Shown here one piece after another: positions 1 to 8,731 of a stretch of DNA of 58,519 nt (position 1 is the first letter of the stretch; each line of letters opens with the position of its first letter). The position numbers and the translations under genes were made by a program. This DNA is from an uncultured Rhodopirellula sp. (lineage in GTDB: Bacteria > Planctomycetota > Planctomycetia > Pirellulales > Pirellulaceae), in the NCBI GenBank assembly GCA_964007735.1, contig CAXGAI010000027.1:1-58519 (forward strand). Direction: 5' to 3'. Under the pieces are notes generated by a model. The model worked only from the letters and a program-made list of their open reading frames with translations. It was not told the origin of the DNA and did not search any database.

Positions 1-55
1 TGCTTCTTCAGCAGGTGCTTCTTCAGCAGGTGCTTCTTCAGCAGGTGCTTCTTCA
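1..55. repeat. 15-bp tandem repeat (tgcttcttcagcagg x3 plus partial copy) encoding EEAPA repeats
   Basis: Visible at 1-15, 16-30, 31-45 and partially at 46-55; may continue beyond the window. Confidence 0.95.
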
Positions 56-210
56 CCTGGATCAGTCATATCGCCAGCATCGCCAGACATGCTCTCAGGA
101 CTAGCATATTGGCCTTCTGTGCCGCTGTTTTCAGCTTTTTCTTCACCGCAACCGATGACACCAAGAGTAGCAATTGCCAGAAGGGCAACTAAAAATTTAA
201 AAATTTGCAT
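1..210 (-). CDS. Small acidic lipoprotein, truncated by the window edge (not in ORF track)
   Basis: Manual translation from ATG at 210: MQIFKFLVALLAIATLGVIGCGEEKAENSG...PGEEAPAEEAPAEEAPAEEA. Signal peptide with lipobox VIGC; AGAGG upstream; frame open to position 1. Confidence 0.85.
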   Translation of the reverse strand, partial: MQIFKFLVALLAIATLGVIGCGEEKAENSGTEGQYASPESMSGDAGDMTDPGEEAPAEEAPAEEAPAEEA

Positions 211-269
211 TTGATTTTCCTCTATGAACCTAAAAGAGATTTGTACTGAAAGGGGTTGAAACTACTACT

Positions 270-302
270 ATAGATTCGAGCCACCTTGGAATTATTCCCA
301 AA
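270..302 (-). promoter_or_regulatory. Putative ECF-sigma promoter TTTGGGAATAATT-N15-TCTAT, copy 1
   Basis: Same bipartite motif with identical spacing also at 1136-1168; both copies lie upstream of lipoprotein genes. Confidence 0.7.
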
Positions 303-436
303 AACTTGTTATGAGATAAATATAAACAACTACGGGTAAGAATTGAAAGAAATATTTCACAATTCTTTAATCAGTAGGGTCGTGTGTGAATCTGTAAGGA
401 TTAGCCTAGTATTGCACCTTCCAACAGGCAGAAATA

Positions 437-474
437 AAAAAGCAGTGACAGATCAGAACCTGTCACTGCTTTTT
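437..474. terminator. Intrinsic terminator, potentially bidirectional
   Basis: Perfect 15-bp inverted repeat aaaaagcagtgacag / ctgtcactgcttttt with 8-nt loop, just downstream of the 499..1059 gene. Confidence 0.9.
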
Positions 475-498
475 AAGCATTAAGTTGTAACCCAATTA

Positions 499-1059
499 CT
501 ATTGGATTTTAGCTTCTCCGCTACCGTTATCATCAAGAGTGATTGTCAGGGTAGCAGCTGCAGCACCTTCAGCTGCTGCCGCAACGGAGACCTGGTTGTT
601 CCAGTCATCCAGTTTTTCATAGCTACTGAATGCTTCATTGATAAGACTAGCCGGACCAGCGTTTTCGCTGTCTTCAGTCATCATGCTAACCTGATCCATG
701 TATGCTGCAGATGGATCGCCTTCGTTCTGGTCAAGCATGCCGTCAGTTTCGGTTGTTTCTTGCACTTCAAGCTTTGTAACTCGAACACTGTAGCTGCCAG
801 CGAGTGCACCTTCTGCACTTGCACCGTCAGGGAAAACTGTCTTAATCACGAAATTACCACTAGCATCAGAAATACCACTGGCACTACGAGAACCTGCTGA
901 ACCAGCTTCTGGAGTTAGAGTTACAGTTGCACCTTCTAACGGTTCACCGTCATAAGTTATCGTTCCAGTAACAGGGGTTGTAGGTGGGTTGGATGCGCCA
1001 CAACCTGCAATTGTGATCATCACGCCAACGCAAAGTAGCGCTAAAAGCTTTTTGTGCAT
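499..1059 (-). CDS. Lipoprotein with carboxypeptidase-regulatory-like (transthyretin-like) domain, planctomycete type
   Basis: Lipobox IAGC; pattern PVTGTITYDGEPLEGATV...SDASGNF...GALAGSYSVRVTK. Confidence 0.85.
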   Translation of the reverse strand: MHKKLLALLCVGVMITIAGCGASNPPTTPVTGTITYDGEPLEGATVTLTPEAGSAGSRSASGISDASGNFVIKTVFPDGASAEGALAGSYSVRVTKLEVQETTETDGMLDQNEGDPSAAYMDQVSMMTEDSENAGPASLINEAFSSYEKLDDWNNQVSVAAAAEGAAAATLTITLDDNGSGEAKIQ

Positions 1060-1135
1060 TGTCTTCTCTCTTTATCTAAAAGAACAATAAATGATTGGGA
1101 TAGGCAACTTCTAATTGCTTAGTACTTGTACATAA

Positions 1136-1168
1136 ATAGACGTGACTGGGCATCAAATTATTCCCAAA
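1136..1168 (-). promoter_or_regulatory. Putative ECF-sigma promoter TTTGGGAATAATT-N15-TCTAT, copy 2
   Basis: Matches 270-302 in both boxes and in spacer length, while the spacer sequence differs. Confidence 0.7.
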
Positions 1169-1369
1169 TAACACATCCGAACTTAATTATGAATATAGCA
1201 ACCAAAAACAGGCTGTAAAAGGATGAAGTGTCAATAATTGGCGGGGTAGCTGACTTGGAGCACCCATATTTTGCGTAATCGATAGAGATTAAAGCTGAAA
1301 TCAGGATTTGAACTTGCTTGTTTGGTTTGAGTAGAATGAGTTCAGATGTGGTGAAGGGGAAATTTAGTT

Positions 1370-2809
1370 ATGTATCATCCAGAAATTAGTCGACGTGTTG
1401 CGATTCAGGCGGGTTCGGTAGGTTTACTGGGTCTGGGCATGAATCACTTAGATCCACTTGCAGCATTGGCGGAAGCCCAGGTCACTGCAGCGACTGCTAA
1501 GAATGTGATTTATATCTTTTTGTCAGGTGGACTGGCTCAACATGAAAGTTTTGATCCTAAGCCAGATGCTCCGGATGATGTCCGAGGTGAATTTAAGCCG
1601 ATCCAAACACAGACGCCCGGAGTTTTAGTATCTGAGCATTTACCCATGTTGGCGCAGCGGAGCAATAAATGGGCATTGCTGCGATCACTTACTCACCCAT
1701 ATAACGAACATTCCGAAGGTCATCATGTAATGTTGACCGGTCGCAGTGATTTACCTCGCGGATTTAGTGGTTCCCGACCTAATCCTACTGACCACCCGTG
1801 TATTGCTTCGATGGTGAGCAAAGTATTACCACGGCGTAATAATCTGCCACCCGCAGCGGTTCTTCCAGAAAAGCTAGTGCATGTCACCGGTCGTACGATC
1901 CCGGGTCAGTTTGCTGGTGCCATGGGTTCTGAAAATGATCCCTGGTTTATCGAAGCAAGTCGATTCCGTACGTCAGAGTACATTCACGGAGCATTTCCTG
2001 AATATGGATTTCATCGCTGGGAAGGTCCCAGGAACCCTGAGAAATATAAATTCGAAGCTCCGCGGCTTGAATTACAACATGGAATGCTGAAAGATCGATT
2101 TCAATCCCGATTGAATCTTCTGTCTGGGCTGGATGAGCAACGCCGAGCGTTAGATAGGGCGGGAAGAGTTGAAGATTTTGGGCGATTTCGTAGTGAAGCA
2201 GCTCAGTTGCTTACCGGTGAAGGGGTTCATCAAGCACTTGATGTTCACGAGTCAGATCATACGCTGCAGGAGAAATATGGAAAGAATACCTTTGGCTGGT
2301 CTTTATTGATGGCACGGCAATTAGTGGAAGCCGGTGTTCGCATGGTGCAAGTCAACCTTGGCAATGACGAATCATGGGATACCCATGAAAATGCATTCCA
2401 TAATTTGAAGGAATATTTGCTACCGCCGACGGATCGAGCTCTGTCCGCTTTGTTGGATGATCTGGAAGAACGCGGTATGCTTGATGAAACATTGATTGTC
2501 ATGGCTGGCGAGTTTGGCCGTACTCCGCGCATCTTCACCTTTAACGGTGCCAAGAGTGGTAAGCCGGGACGTGATCACTGGGGTCCGGTTCAAAGTGTTT
2601 TCTTTGCCGGTGGCGGAATAAAGGGTGGTAATGTCGTGGGTGCTTCTGATCGTCAGGGCGGATATCCAGCGGCGGATCCTTATACACCAGAGGATATGGC
2701 AGCGACAATTTACTCGGCTCTGGGATTGCCTGAAACGGTCGCCTGGTATGATAAATTCAAACGACCGCATCAGGTGTATCATGGAACTCCGATCCGTGAG
2801 TTGCTTTAA
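1370..2809 (+). CDS. DUF1501 domain protein
   Basis: Tat-like SRR N-terminus; motifs LSGGLAQHESFDPKP, LMARQLVEAGV, WDTH, GEFGRTP, GRDHW. Confidence 0.92.
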   Translation: MYHPEISRRVAIQAGSVGLLGLGMNHLDPLAALAEAQVTAATAKNVIYIFLSGGLAQHESFDPKPDAPDDVRGEFKPIQTQTPGVLVSEHLPMLAQRSNKWALLRSLTHPYNEHSEGHHVMLTGRSDLPRGFSGSRPNPTDHPCIASMVSKVLPRRNNLPPAAVLPEKLVHVTGRTIPGQFAGAMGSENDPWFIEASRFRTSEYIHGAFPEYGFHRWEGPRNPEKYKFEAPRLELQHGMLKDRFQSRLNLLSGLDEQRRALDRAGRVEDFGRFRSEAAQLLTGEGVHQALDVHESDHTLQEKYGKNTFGWSLLMARQLVEAGVRMVQVNLGNDESWDTHENAFHNLKEYLLPPTDRALSALLDDLEERGMLDETLIVMAGEFGRTPRIFTFNGAKSGKPGRDHWGPVQSVFFAGGGIKGGNVVGASDRQGGYPAADPYTPEDMAATIYSALGLPETVAWYDKFKRPHQVYHGTPIRELL

Positions 2810-2891
2810 TTTTGTGGAGTTTCATCAGTCTTAGCTTGTGCCTAATTGGCGTGCTACAATAACGGCTTTCCTAGGACCTGTTACTTGGGGG

Positions 2892-5363
2892 ATGGCTGAA
2901 GTGGTATATCTACGCCCTTTCTTTTTTCTGATAGTATTTTTTATTACTCTCGATGTCGTAGGCCAGCCACTTACGTTTGTCTCAGTTGAGCCACAGCCCT
3001 TGGGTGCTAACGTAACCCGAGTGATCAAGAGTCTTCAGTATTTGGGACACCCTCTTTCTGATTCTTTGCAGAAAGAGCTGGAAGATGCAATTGAAGCTGA
3101 AGATTCGATTGCCATTCAGCGTCTGTTAGATGAACTGGTGGTTGCCGAGGTTGAGATAAACCCGGAGGTTAGGGTGAAGGGGATCCGCGGACCTGGAAAA
3201 GCAAATATTCAACAACATGGATTTGTCCCACTCTTGCTCAAAGTACATAACATGGCGCAGGTTGAAACCCCTCTTCATGTTAGTTCACCGAATTCAGGGC
3301 CCGTTTATGCAGGTAGTTCTGTGGGGATTTTGAAACGGCAGGAACAGACCGAGTTGGCTGAGGATGAGAACAGCAAGGGTGTTAAGAACCGATTTTTGGA
3401 GGTAAACGTTTTTCGAACACCTCCGATGACGTCTCGCTTGAGTGGCCTTGAAGTTGAGTACGTGATTATGACAGTTTCGTCGACTCAGTCAGGGCGTCGC
3501 GAAGCGCTGTTGCAATTTGATGTGGGGCAGGGGACACAGGATCTCGGTTTCCGGGGCGAAACGCCGGTTTTATTTAATGTGGCAAAAGCGTTTGCTGTCC
3601 CCTTTGAAATCCGTGATGAACATGCGAAACCGTCGATCGCCCGTCTGATCATCACGGACAAGACCGGTCGGGTCTATCCTTCACAAATCAAACGAGTTGT
3701 TCCCGATTTCTTTTTTCAACCTCAAATTTATCGAGCTGATGGTGAGCATGTATTTCTGCCCGCCGGCGAATATGAAATCACCTACAGCCGGGGGCCTGAA
3801 TATTTAGTGGGGAGAATGGCTTTGACGGTCTCCAAGGATGAAGTGTTGCCGGTACAAGTTAATTTGCAGCGTTGGGTGACTCCAAACGCTTTTGGTTTTT
3901 ACGGTGGAGATCATCATATCCATGCCGCCGGCTGTTCGCATTACACATTGCCCACTGAAGGCGTCACTCCTGAAGATATGTTTCGGCAGGTGAAAGGTGA
4001 AGGATTGAATGTTGGCTGTGTCTTAACCTGGGGGCCTTGTTATGACCATCAGCGTCAGTTTTTTGCCCCTTCAGCTCATGATATTAGCGAACGCAATACG
4101 CTTCTTAAATATGACCTTGAAATCAGTGGCTTCGGTTCGGCGGCATTAGGGCATGTGTGTTTATTGAACCTGAAGAATCAAACCTATCCAGGATCGGATG
4201 GTACTAAGACACAGGGCTGGCCCACCTGGACCGTCCCTGTGTTGAGATGGTGTAAAGAACAGGGAGGGGTAACAGGCTATCCGCATTCAGCGCTTGGCGT
4301 TGATCCTGAAGGTGGAGCTGCCTGGGCTTTACTAAGATACGATGCCGATCAAGATGGCAGCCTTAGCGAAGACGAGGCAGAGGGGGCGTTGCTCCCTTAT
4401 GATTTTTCCCGGGTGGATATAAATCGTGATCAACGTCTTGATGAGGGCGAAATCAAACTGGCACTTGATCGAGCTTCCAACCAACTTCCGAATCTTGCAA
4501 TTCCGGCAATGTCAGGCCGCGGAGCCATGGAAGTCTTTGTGAGTACCCCTCTTGGAGTTTGTGATTTTTTAAGTGCGATGGATACTCCTCGAGTTTCAGA
4601 ATGGAATACGTGGTATCACCTGATGAATTGCGGCTTTCCGATCAAGTTAAGCGGTGAAACAGATTTTCCGTGTATGTCGAGTCGTCGGGTGGGGCAGGGG
4701 AGAGTGTATGTGCAGTTAGGTCAGTCGAAGCGTTGGACCTATCAGCAGTGGTGTCGTGCTTTGGGAGCTGGACAATCCTACGTATCAGATGGTTATGCCC
4801 ATGCATTGGATTTTCGAGTGAATCAAAAGGCTCCTGGTACCGAAGATGTTCAGTTGTTAGAGCCAGGGTCTGTCTTGATTGAAGCCGTCGTGTCCTTCGC
4901 TCCAGCCACGCCTGAAGGTGTAGCCTACGGTACGGTTGCTCCAGAAGCTAATCGACTGACGGGTGATACCAGATTATTGCACGCTCCGCGTAGCATGGAG
5001 TATGTGAAAGGGGGTGAGCGGGAGTTGGAAATCATCGTCAACGGGGAGGTGATTACTTCTCGACGTGTGCCGGCTGATGGTAAACAGCATAAACTTCGGT
5101 TTGAAATTCCGGTTTCGCAGAGTAGTTGGGTGGCGATGAGGCAATTTCCACAGTTGCATACAAACCCTGTGAATGTTCTGGTTGGTGATCGTCCAATTCG
5201 CGCTTCGCGTCAAAGTGTGCAGTGGTGTATTGAAGCCACCAGATTACTTTGGACAAACCGTAACAGTTATATCTCCGACACGGAGAAAGAAACAGCCCGC
5301 CAAGCCTATGATCAGGCACTCGCGATTTACGAACAAATCCTTGCCGAAACTAAAATCCGATAA
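2892..5363 (+). CDS. CehA/McbA-family (PHP-like) metallohydrolase with EF-hand insertion
   Basis: GDHHIHAAGC, GHVCLL, YPHS and GETDFPC motifs. ATG 2892 preferred to GTG 2838 because a signal-like hydrophobic stretch follows it. Confidence 0.75.
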   Translation: MAEVVYLRPFFFLIVFFITLDVVGQPLTFVSVEPQPLGANVTRVIKSLQYLGHPLSDSLQKELEDAIEAEDSIAIQRLLDELVVAEVEINPEVRVKGIRGPGKANIQQHGFVPLLLKVHNMAQVETPLHVSSPNSGPVYAGSSVGILKRQEQTELAEDENSKGVKNRFLEVNVFRTPPMTSRLSGLEVEYVIMTVSSTQSGRREALLQFDVGQGTQDLGFRGETPVLFNVAKAFAVPFEIRDEHAKPSIARLIITDKTGRVYPSQIKRVVPDFFFQPQIYRADGEHVFLPAGEYEITYSRGPEYLVGRMALTVSKDEVLPVQVNLQRWVTPNAFGFYGGDHHIHAAGCSHYTLPTEGVTPEDMFRQVKGEGLNVGCVLTWGPCYDHQRQFFAPSAHDISERNTLLKYDLEISGFGSAALGHVCLLNLKNQTYPGSDGTKTQGWPTWTVPVLRWCKEQGGVTGYPHSALGVDPEGGAAWALLRYDADQDGSLSEDEAEGALLPYDFSRVDINRDQRLDEGEIKLALDRASNQLPNLAIPAMSGRGAMEVFVSTPLGVCDFLSAMDTPRVSEWNTWYHLMNCGFPIKLSGETDFPCMSSRRVGQGRVYVQLGQSKRWTYQQWCRALGAGQSYVSDGYAHALDFRVNQKAPGTEDVQLLEPGSVLIEAVVSFAPATPEGVAYGTVAPEANRLTGDTRLLHAPRSMEYVKGGERELEIIVNGEVITSRRVPADGKQHKLRFEIPVSQSSWVAMRQFPQLHTNPVNVLVGDRPIRASRQSVQWCIEATRLLWTNRNSYISDTEKETARQAYDQALAIYEQILAETKIR

Positions 5364-5440
5364 GGTTCATCGGTGTAGGATTAGAGATTACTCTTTTCAA
5401 TTCTCACTTTTTTTAACTACTCGAATATTAGGAATGTGAA

Positions 5441-8400
5441 ATGCCTCCGCGTCAAATACTGTTTTCACTACTAGCTCTAATGGTTGCTCTGTCAAATTCG
5501 GGAGAGGCTCAAACGATTGGTTACTATCGGTATCCAGCAATCCACAGTGACACTGTTGTTTTTACAGCAGAGGGGGATTTGTGGAAAATCCGTCTCGGGA
5601 ATTCGCAGGCAACACGTCTTACCACTCACTTGGAGCAGGAATTACACGCGGCGATTTCACCGAATGGTAAGTTGGTGGCGTTTTCTGCGTCCTATGAAGG
5701 GCCGACGGAAGTTTATGTAATTTCCATGGAAGGGGGCCAGCCGGAACGATTGACCTATGATGGTGAATCAGCACGTGTTGTCGGCTGGACTCCCGATGGA
5801 CGTGTTTGTTATGCAACACGCCATTATTCCACACTTCCCAATACGCAATTAGTACTCGTTGATCCACAAACGAAGCAGATCGAACGAATTCAATTGAATC
5901 AGGCTTCTCAGGCGGTTTGGTTGGAGAAGCAAATGGGACTGGTTTTTACTAGACTTTCCAAACAAGGTTCCAGTACAAAACGATATCACGGGGGATCTGT
6001 GGAAAACTTATGGAAGTATGTGCCTGGGGAAGATGAAGCGGTCGCTTTAACGACAGATTACACGGGAACCAGCCGTTCGCCGATGTTGCATGCAGGTCGG
6101 GTTTATTTTAATACGGACCGAGACGGTACTCTGAATATCTGGTCGATGGATCTCGAAGGGAAGGACCTGAAACAACATACGAAACATGAAGGATTTGATT
6201 GTTTACGTCCGGATCTGCATGATGGTCGAATTGTTTATCAGTTGGGTGCCGATTTACGGATACTTGATTTAACCACCGGTCAGTCAGGTATGTTGCCGAT
6301 TACTCTTTCTTCAGACTTTGAGCAGCGAAGAGAATTCTGGGTTGAGTCTCCAGAAGATTATCTTGATTCCTATTCCTTGAGTAACAATGGTGAGAAGCTG
6401 GCACTGGCCTTTCACGGGGATGTATTTGTAGTGCCAGTGAATCGTGGAAGGACAGCCCATTTGACACGTAATTCCTCCGCTCGTTACAGGTCGCTCCTGT
6501 TTCAACCTGAGTCTGATCAAGTATTGGCTTTAGCAGATGAGTCGGGAGAGTATGAAGTTTGGTCGTTGCCATCGAACGGTCTCGAAGCCGGAACACAAGT
6601 GACTAAAAACGGCAAGATTTTTCGTTTTCAACCAGTGGCTTCGCCAGACGGTAAATGGCTCGCGTTTACGGATAAAAATCATCACTTGTGGATCACAGAT
6701 TTAAAGACAGGAAAGCAGGAACGTATTGGTGTTTCAGATTATGGCAATTTCTATGATTTAGAATGGTCCCCGGACAGTCGTTGGCTAGCTTACGCAAAAT
6801 CCGCCGAGAACTGGACTGATCAAATCTGGTTATGGTCTGTGCAGAAGAAACAAGCCGTCGCAGTAACAACAGACCGAGCAGACAGTTATGACCCCGCCTG
6901 GAGTCCTGAAGGTGATTTCCTATATTTCTTGTCAGACCGTCACCTGAATTCATCGGTTTCAAGTCCCTGGGGTCCAAGACAGCCGGAACCCTACTTTGAT
7001 AAGACAACGCTAATTTATGAATTGGCACTTCAAGACGATGTTTCGTCACCATTTCGTGAACGTACAGAATTGGATGAAGAACAGGAAGAAGAACAGGAAG
7101 AAGAACAGGAAGAAGAACAGGAAGAAGAACAGGAAGAACTCGGTGAACCGGAGTTCCAGATCGAAATAGACTTCGAGAATATCACGCGACGAATTCGGAA
7201 ATTGCCTATTGATGCTGGCAATTACAGCGAATTAAGTGTCACAGAGAATCATTTATATTGGGTGAGTTCGACCAAAGGGACGTCATCTTCGAGCGCCCTC
7301 AAATCACGAGCTCGTAAATTTGAAGCCGATGTCCTTACGGTGGCAAGTTCTATCGATTCATACGAATTATCAACCAACGCAAAACATGTTGCCTTACGGA
7401 AGTCGGGAAGCTTCTACGTCTTTGCTGCCAACGGTAAGGCAGGAGGTGGAAGCGATAACCTGGTTTCTTTAAGAAACGTTAAGTTCTCGATTGATCCGGT
7501 CAGGCGTTGGCGACAGATGTTAATGGATGCCTGGAGATTAGAACGGGACTATTTTTACGATCCCAATCTGCACGGTGTGGAGTGGAAAGATGTTTTAGAT
7601 TTACATCTAGCATTAGTCGATCGTATTACCGACCGCGCGGAGTTAAACGATTTACTGGAGCAAATGGTGGGTGAACTCGAGGCCCTGCATATTTATGTAC
7701 GTGGAGGGCAGCAGCGAACCGATAATGACAATGTGGGCATTGGTTCACTGGGTGCTGTTCTGCGTCATGATCGGAACCGGAAAGGGTATGTTGTAGAACA
7801 TGTTTATCTTTCCGATCCGGATTATCCCCAGCAACGTTCTCCGTTAGCTCACCCCGATGTTCACGTGGCGGAGCAGTCCGTGATTCTCAAAGTCAACGGC
7901 GTTGATGTGAATTCAGTGAGTCACATCAATGTTCTGCTGAGAGAGCAGATTGGTCGCCAGGTGTTGCTTGAAGTAGCCGGACCTAATGCTGACGATGAAG
8001 TGCGACGAGTTGTTGTGCGACCGATTTCAATGTCACGTGAAGCGGACTTAAGATATGACCAATGGGAATTCTCTCGACGTCTGGCAGTAGAAGAGGCGAG
8101 CCAGAAGCAAATCGGCTATGTGCACTTAAGGGCGATGGGTAAAGACAATATTGCTGAATGGACGCGGGAATTCTATCCGGTATATAACCGGCCGGCTTTG
8201 ATTGTGGATGTCAGACATAATCGAGGAGGCAATATCGATAGCTGGATCCTGGAAAAGCTTGGGCGGCAGGCCTGGTTTTATTGGCAACCCCGAGTAGGCA
8301 AGCCTTATTGGAATATGCAATACGCTTTTCGAGGGCATATGGTCGTACTATGTAACGAACGTACTGCTTCTGATGGCGAAGCATTTGCCGAGGGCTTCCG

Positions 8401-8731
8401 GCGTTTAGGCTATGGAGTTGTCATTGGTACCAGAACGTGGGGTGGTGAAATCTGGCTGAGTATTAATAACCGTCTGGTAGATAAAGGTTATGCGTCGGCT
8501 GCGCAATCGGGTGTATTTGGGCCGGAAGGTAAATGGCTGATTGAAGGGCATGGTGTCGAACCGGATATTGTGGTGGACAATCTACCACACGCTACATTTG
8601 AGGGGCAGGATGCGCAATTGGATGCAGCTATCAGGTACTTACAACAAAAGCTTAAAGAGGACCCCATTGAAATTCCAATGGCTCCGCCCTATCCTGTTCG
8701 TCCGGGCACCAAGAAAACGCCGAATCGCTAG
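5441..8731 (+). CDS. Tricorn-like S41 family protease (two propellers, PDZ, catalytic domain)
   Basis: Signal peptide; RYPAIH/FTAEGDLW start; WSPD repeats; DVRHNRGG; catalytic ASDGE; GTRTWGG; EGHGVEPD. Confidence 0.93.
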   Translation: MPPRQILFSLLALMVALSNSGEAQTIGYYRYPAIHSDTVVFTAEGDLWKIRLGNSQATRLTTHLEQELHAAISPNGKLVAFSASYEGPTEVYVISMEGGQPERLTYDGESARVVGWTPDGRVCYATRHYSTLPNTQLVLVDPQTKQIERIQLNQASQAVWLEKQMGLVFTRLSKQGSSTKRYHGGSVENLWKYVPGEDEAVALTTDYTGTSRSPMLHAGRVYFNTDRDGTLNIWSMDLEGKDLKQHTKHEGFDCLRPDLHDGRIVYQLGADLRILDLTTGQSGMLPITLSSDFEQRREFWVESPEDYLDSYSLSNNGEKLALAFHGDVFVVPVNRGRTAHLTRNSSARYRSLLFQPESDQVLALADESGEYEVWSLPSNGLEAGTQVTKNGKIFRFQPVASPDGKWLAFTDKNHHLWITDLKTGKQERIGVSDYGNFYDLEWSPDSRWLAYAKSAENWTDQIWLWSVQKKQAVAVTTDRADSYDPAWSPEGDFLYFLSDRHLNSSVSSPWGPRQPEPYFDKTTLIYELALQDDVSSPFRERTELDEEQEEEQEEEQEEEQEEEQEELGEPEFQIEIDFENITRRIRKLPIDAGNYSELSVTENHLYWVSSTKGTSSSSALKSRARKFEADVLTVASSIDSYELSTNAKHVALRKSGSFYVFAANGKAGGGSDNLVSLRNVKFSIDPVRRWRQMLMDAWRLERDYFYDPNLHGVEWKDVLDLHLALVDRITDRAELNDLLEQMVGELEALHIYVRGGQQRTDNDNVGIGSLGAVLRHDRNRKGYVVEHVYLSDPDYPQQRSPLAHPDVHVAEQSVILKVNGVDVNSVSHINVLLREQIGRQVLLEVAGPNADDEVRRVVVRPISMSREADLRYDQWEFSRRLAVEEASQKQIGYVHLRAMGKDNIAEWTREFYPVYNRPALIVDVRHNRGGNIDSWILEKLGRQAWFYWQPRVGKPYWNMQYAFRGHMVVLCNERTASDGEAFAEGFRRLGYGVVIGTRTWGGEIWLSINNRLVDKGYASAAQSGVFGPEGKWLIEGHGVEPDIVVDNLPHATFEGQDAQLDAAIRYLQQKLKEDPIEIPMAPPYPVRPGTKKTPNR
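7076..7135 (+). repeat. Perfect 12-bp tandem repeat gaagaacaggaa x5 (EEQE) inside the tricorn gene
   Basis: Five exact copies counted directly. Confidence 0.95.

Noticed and set aside
1..55. Tandem repeats (also 7076-7135 and 35291-35468) as CRISPR arrays
   Set aside because: No unique spacers, periods are multiples of 3, all lie in coding frames, and no cas genes are present.
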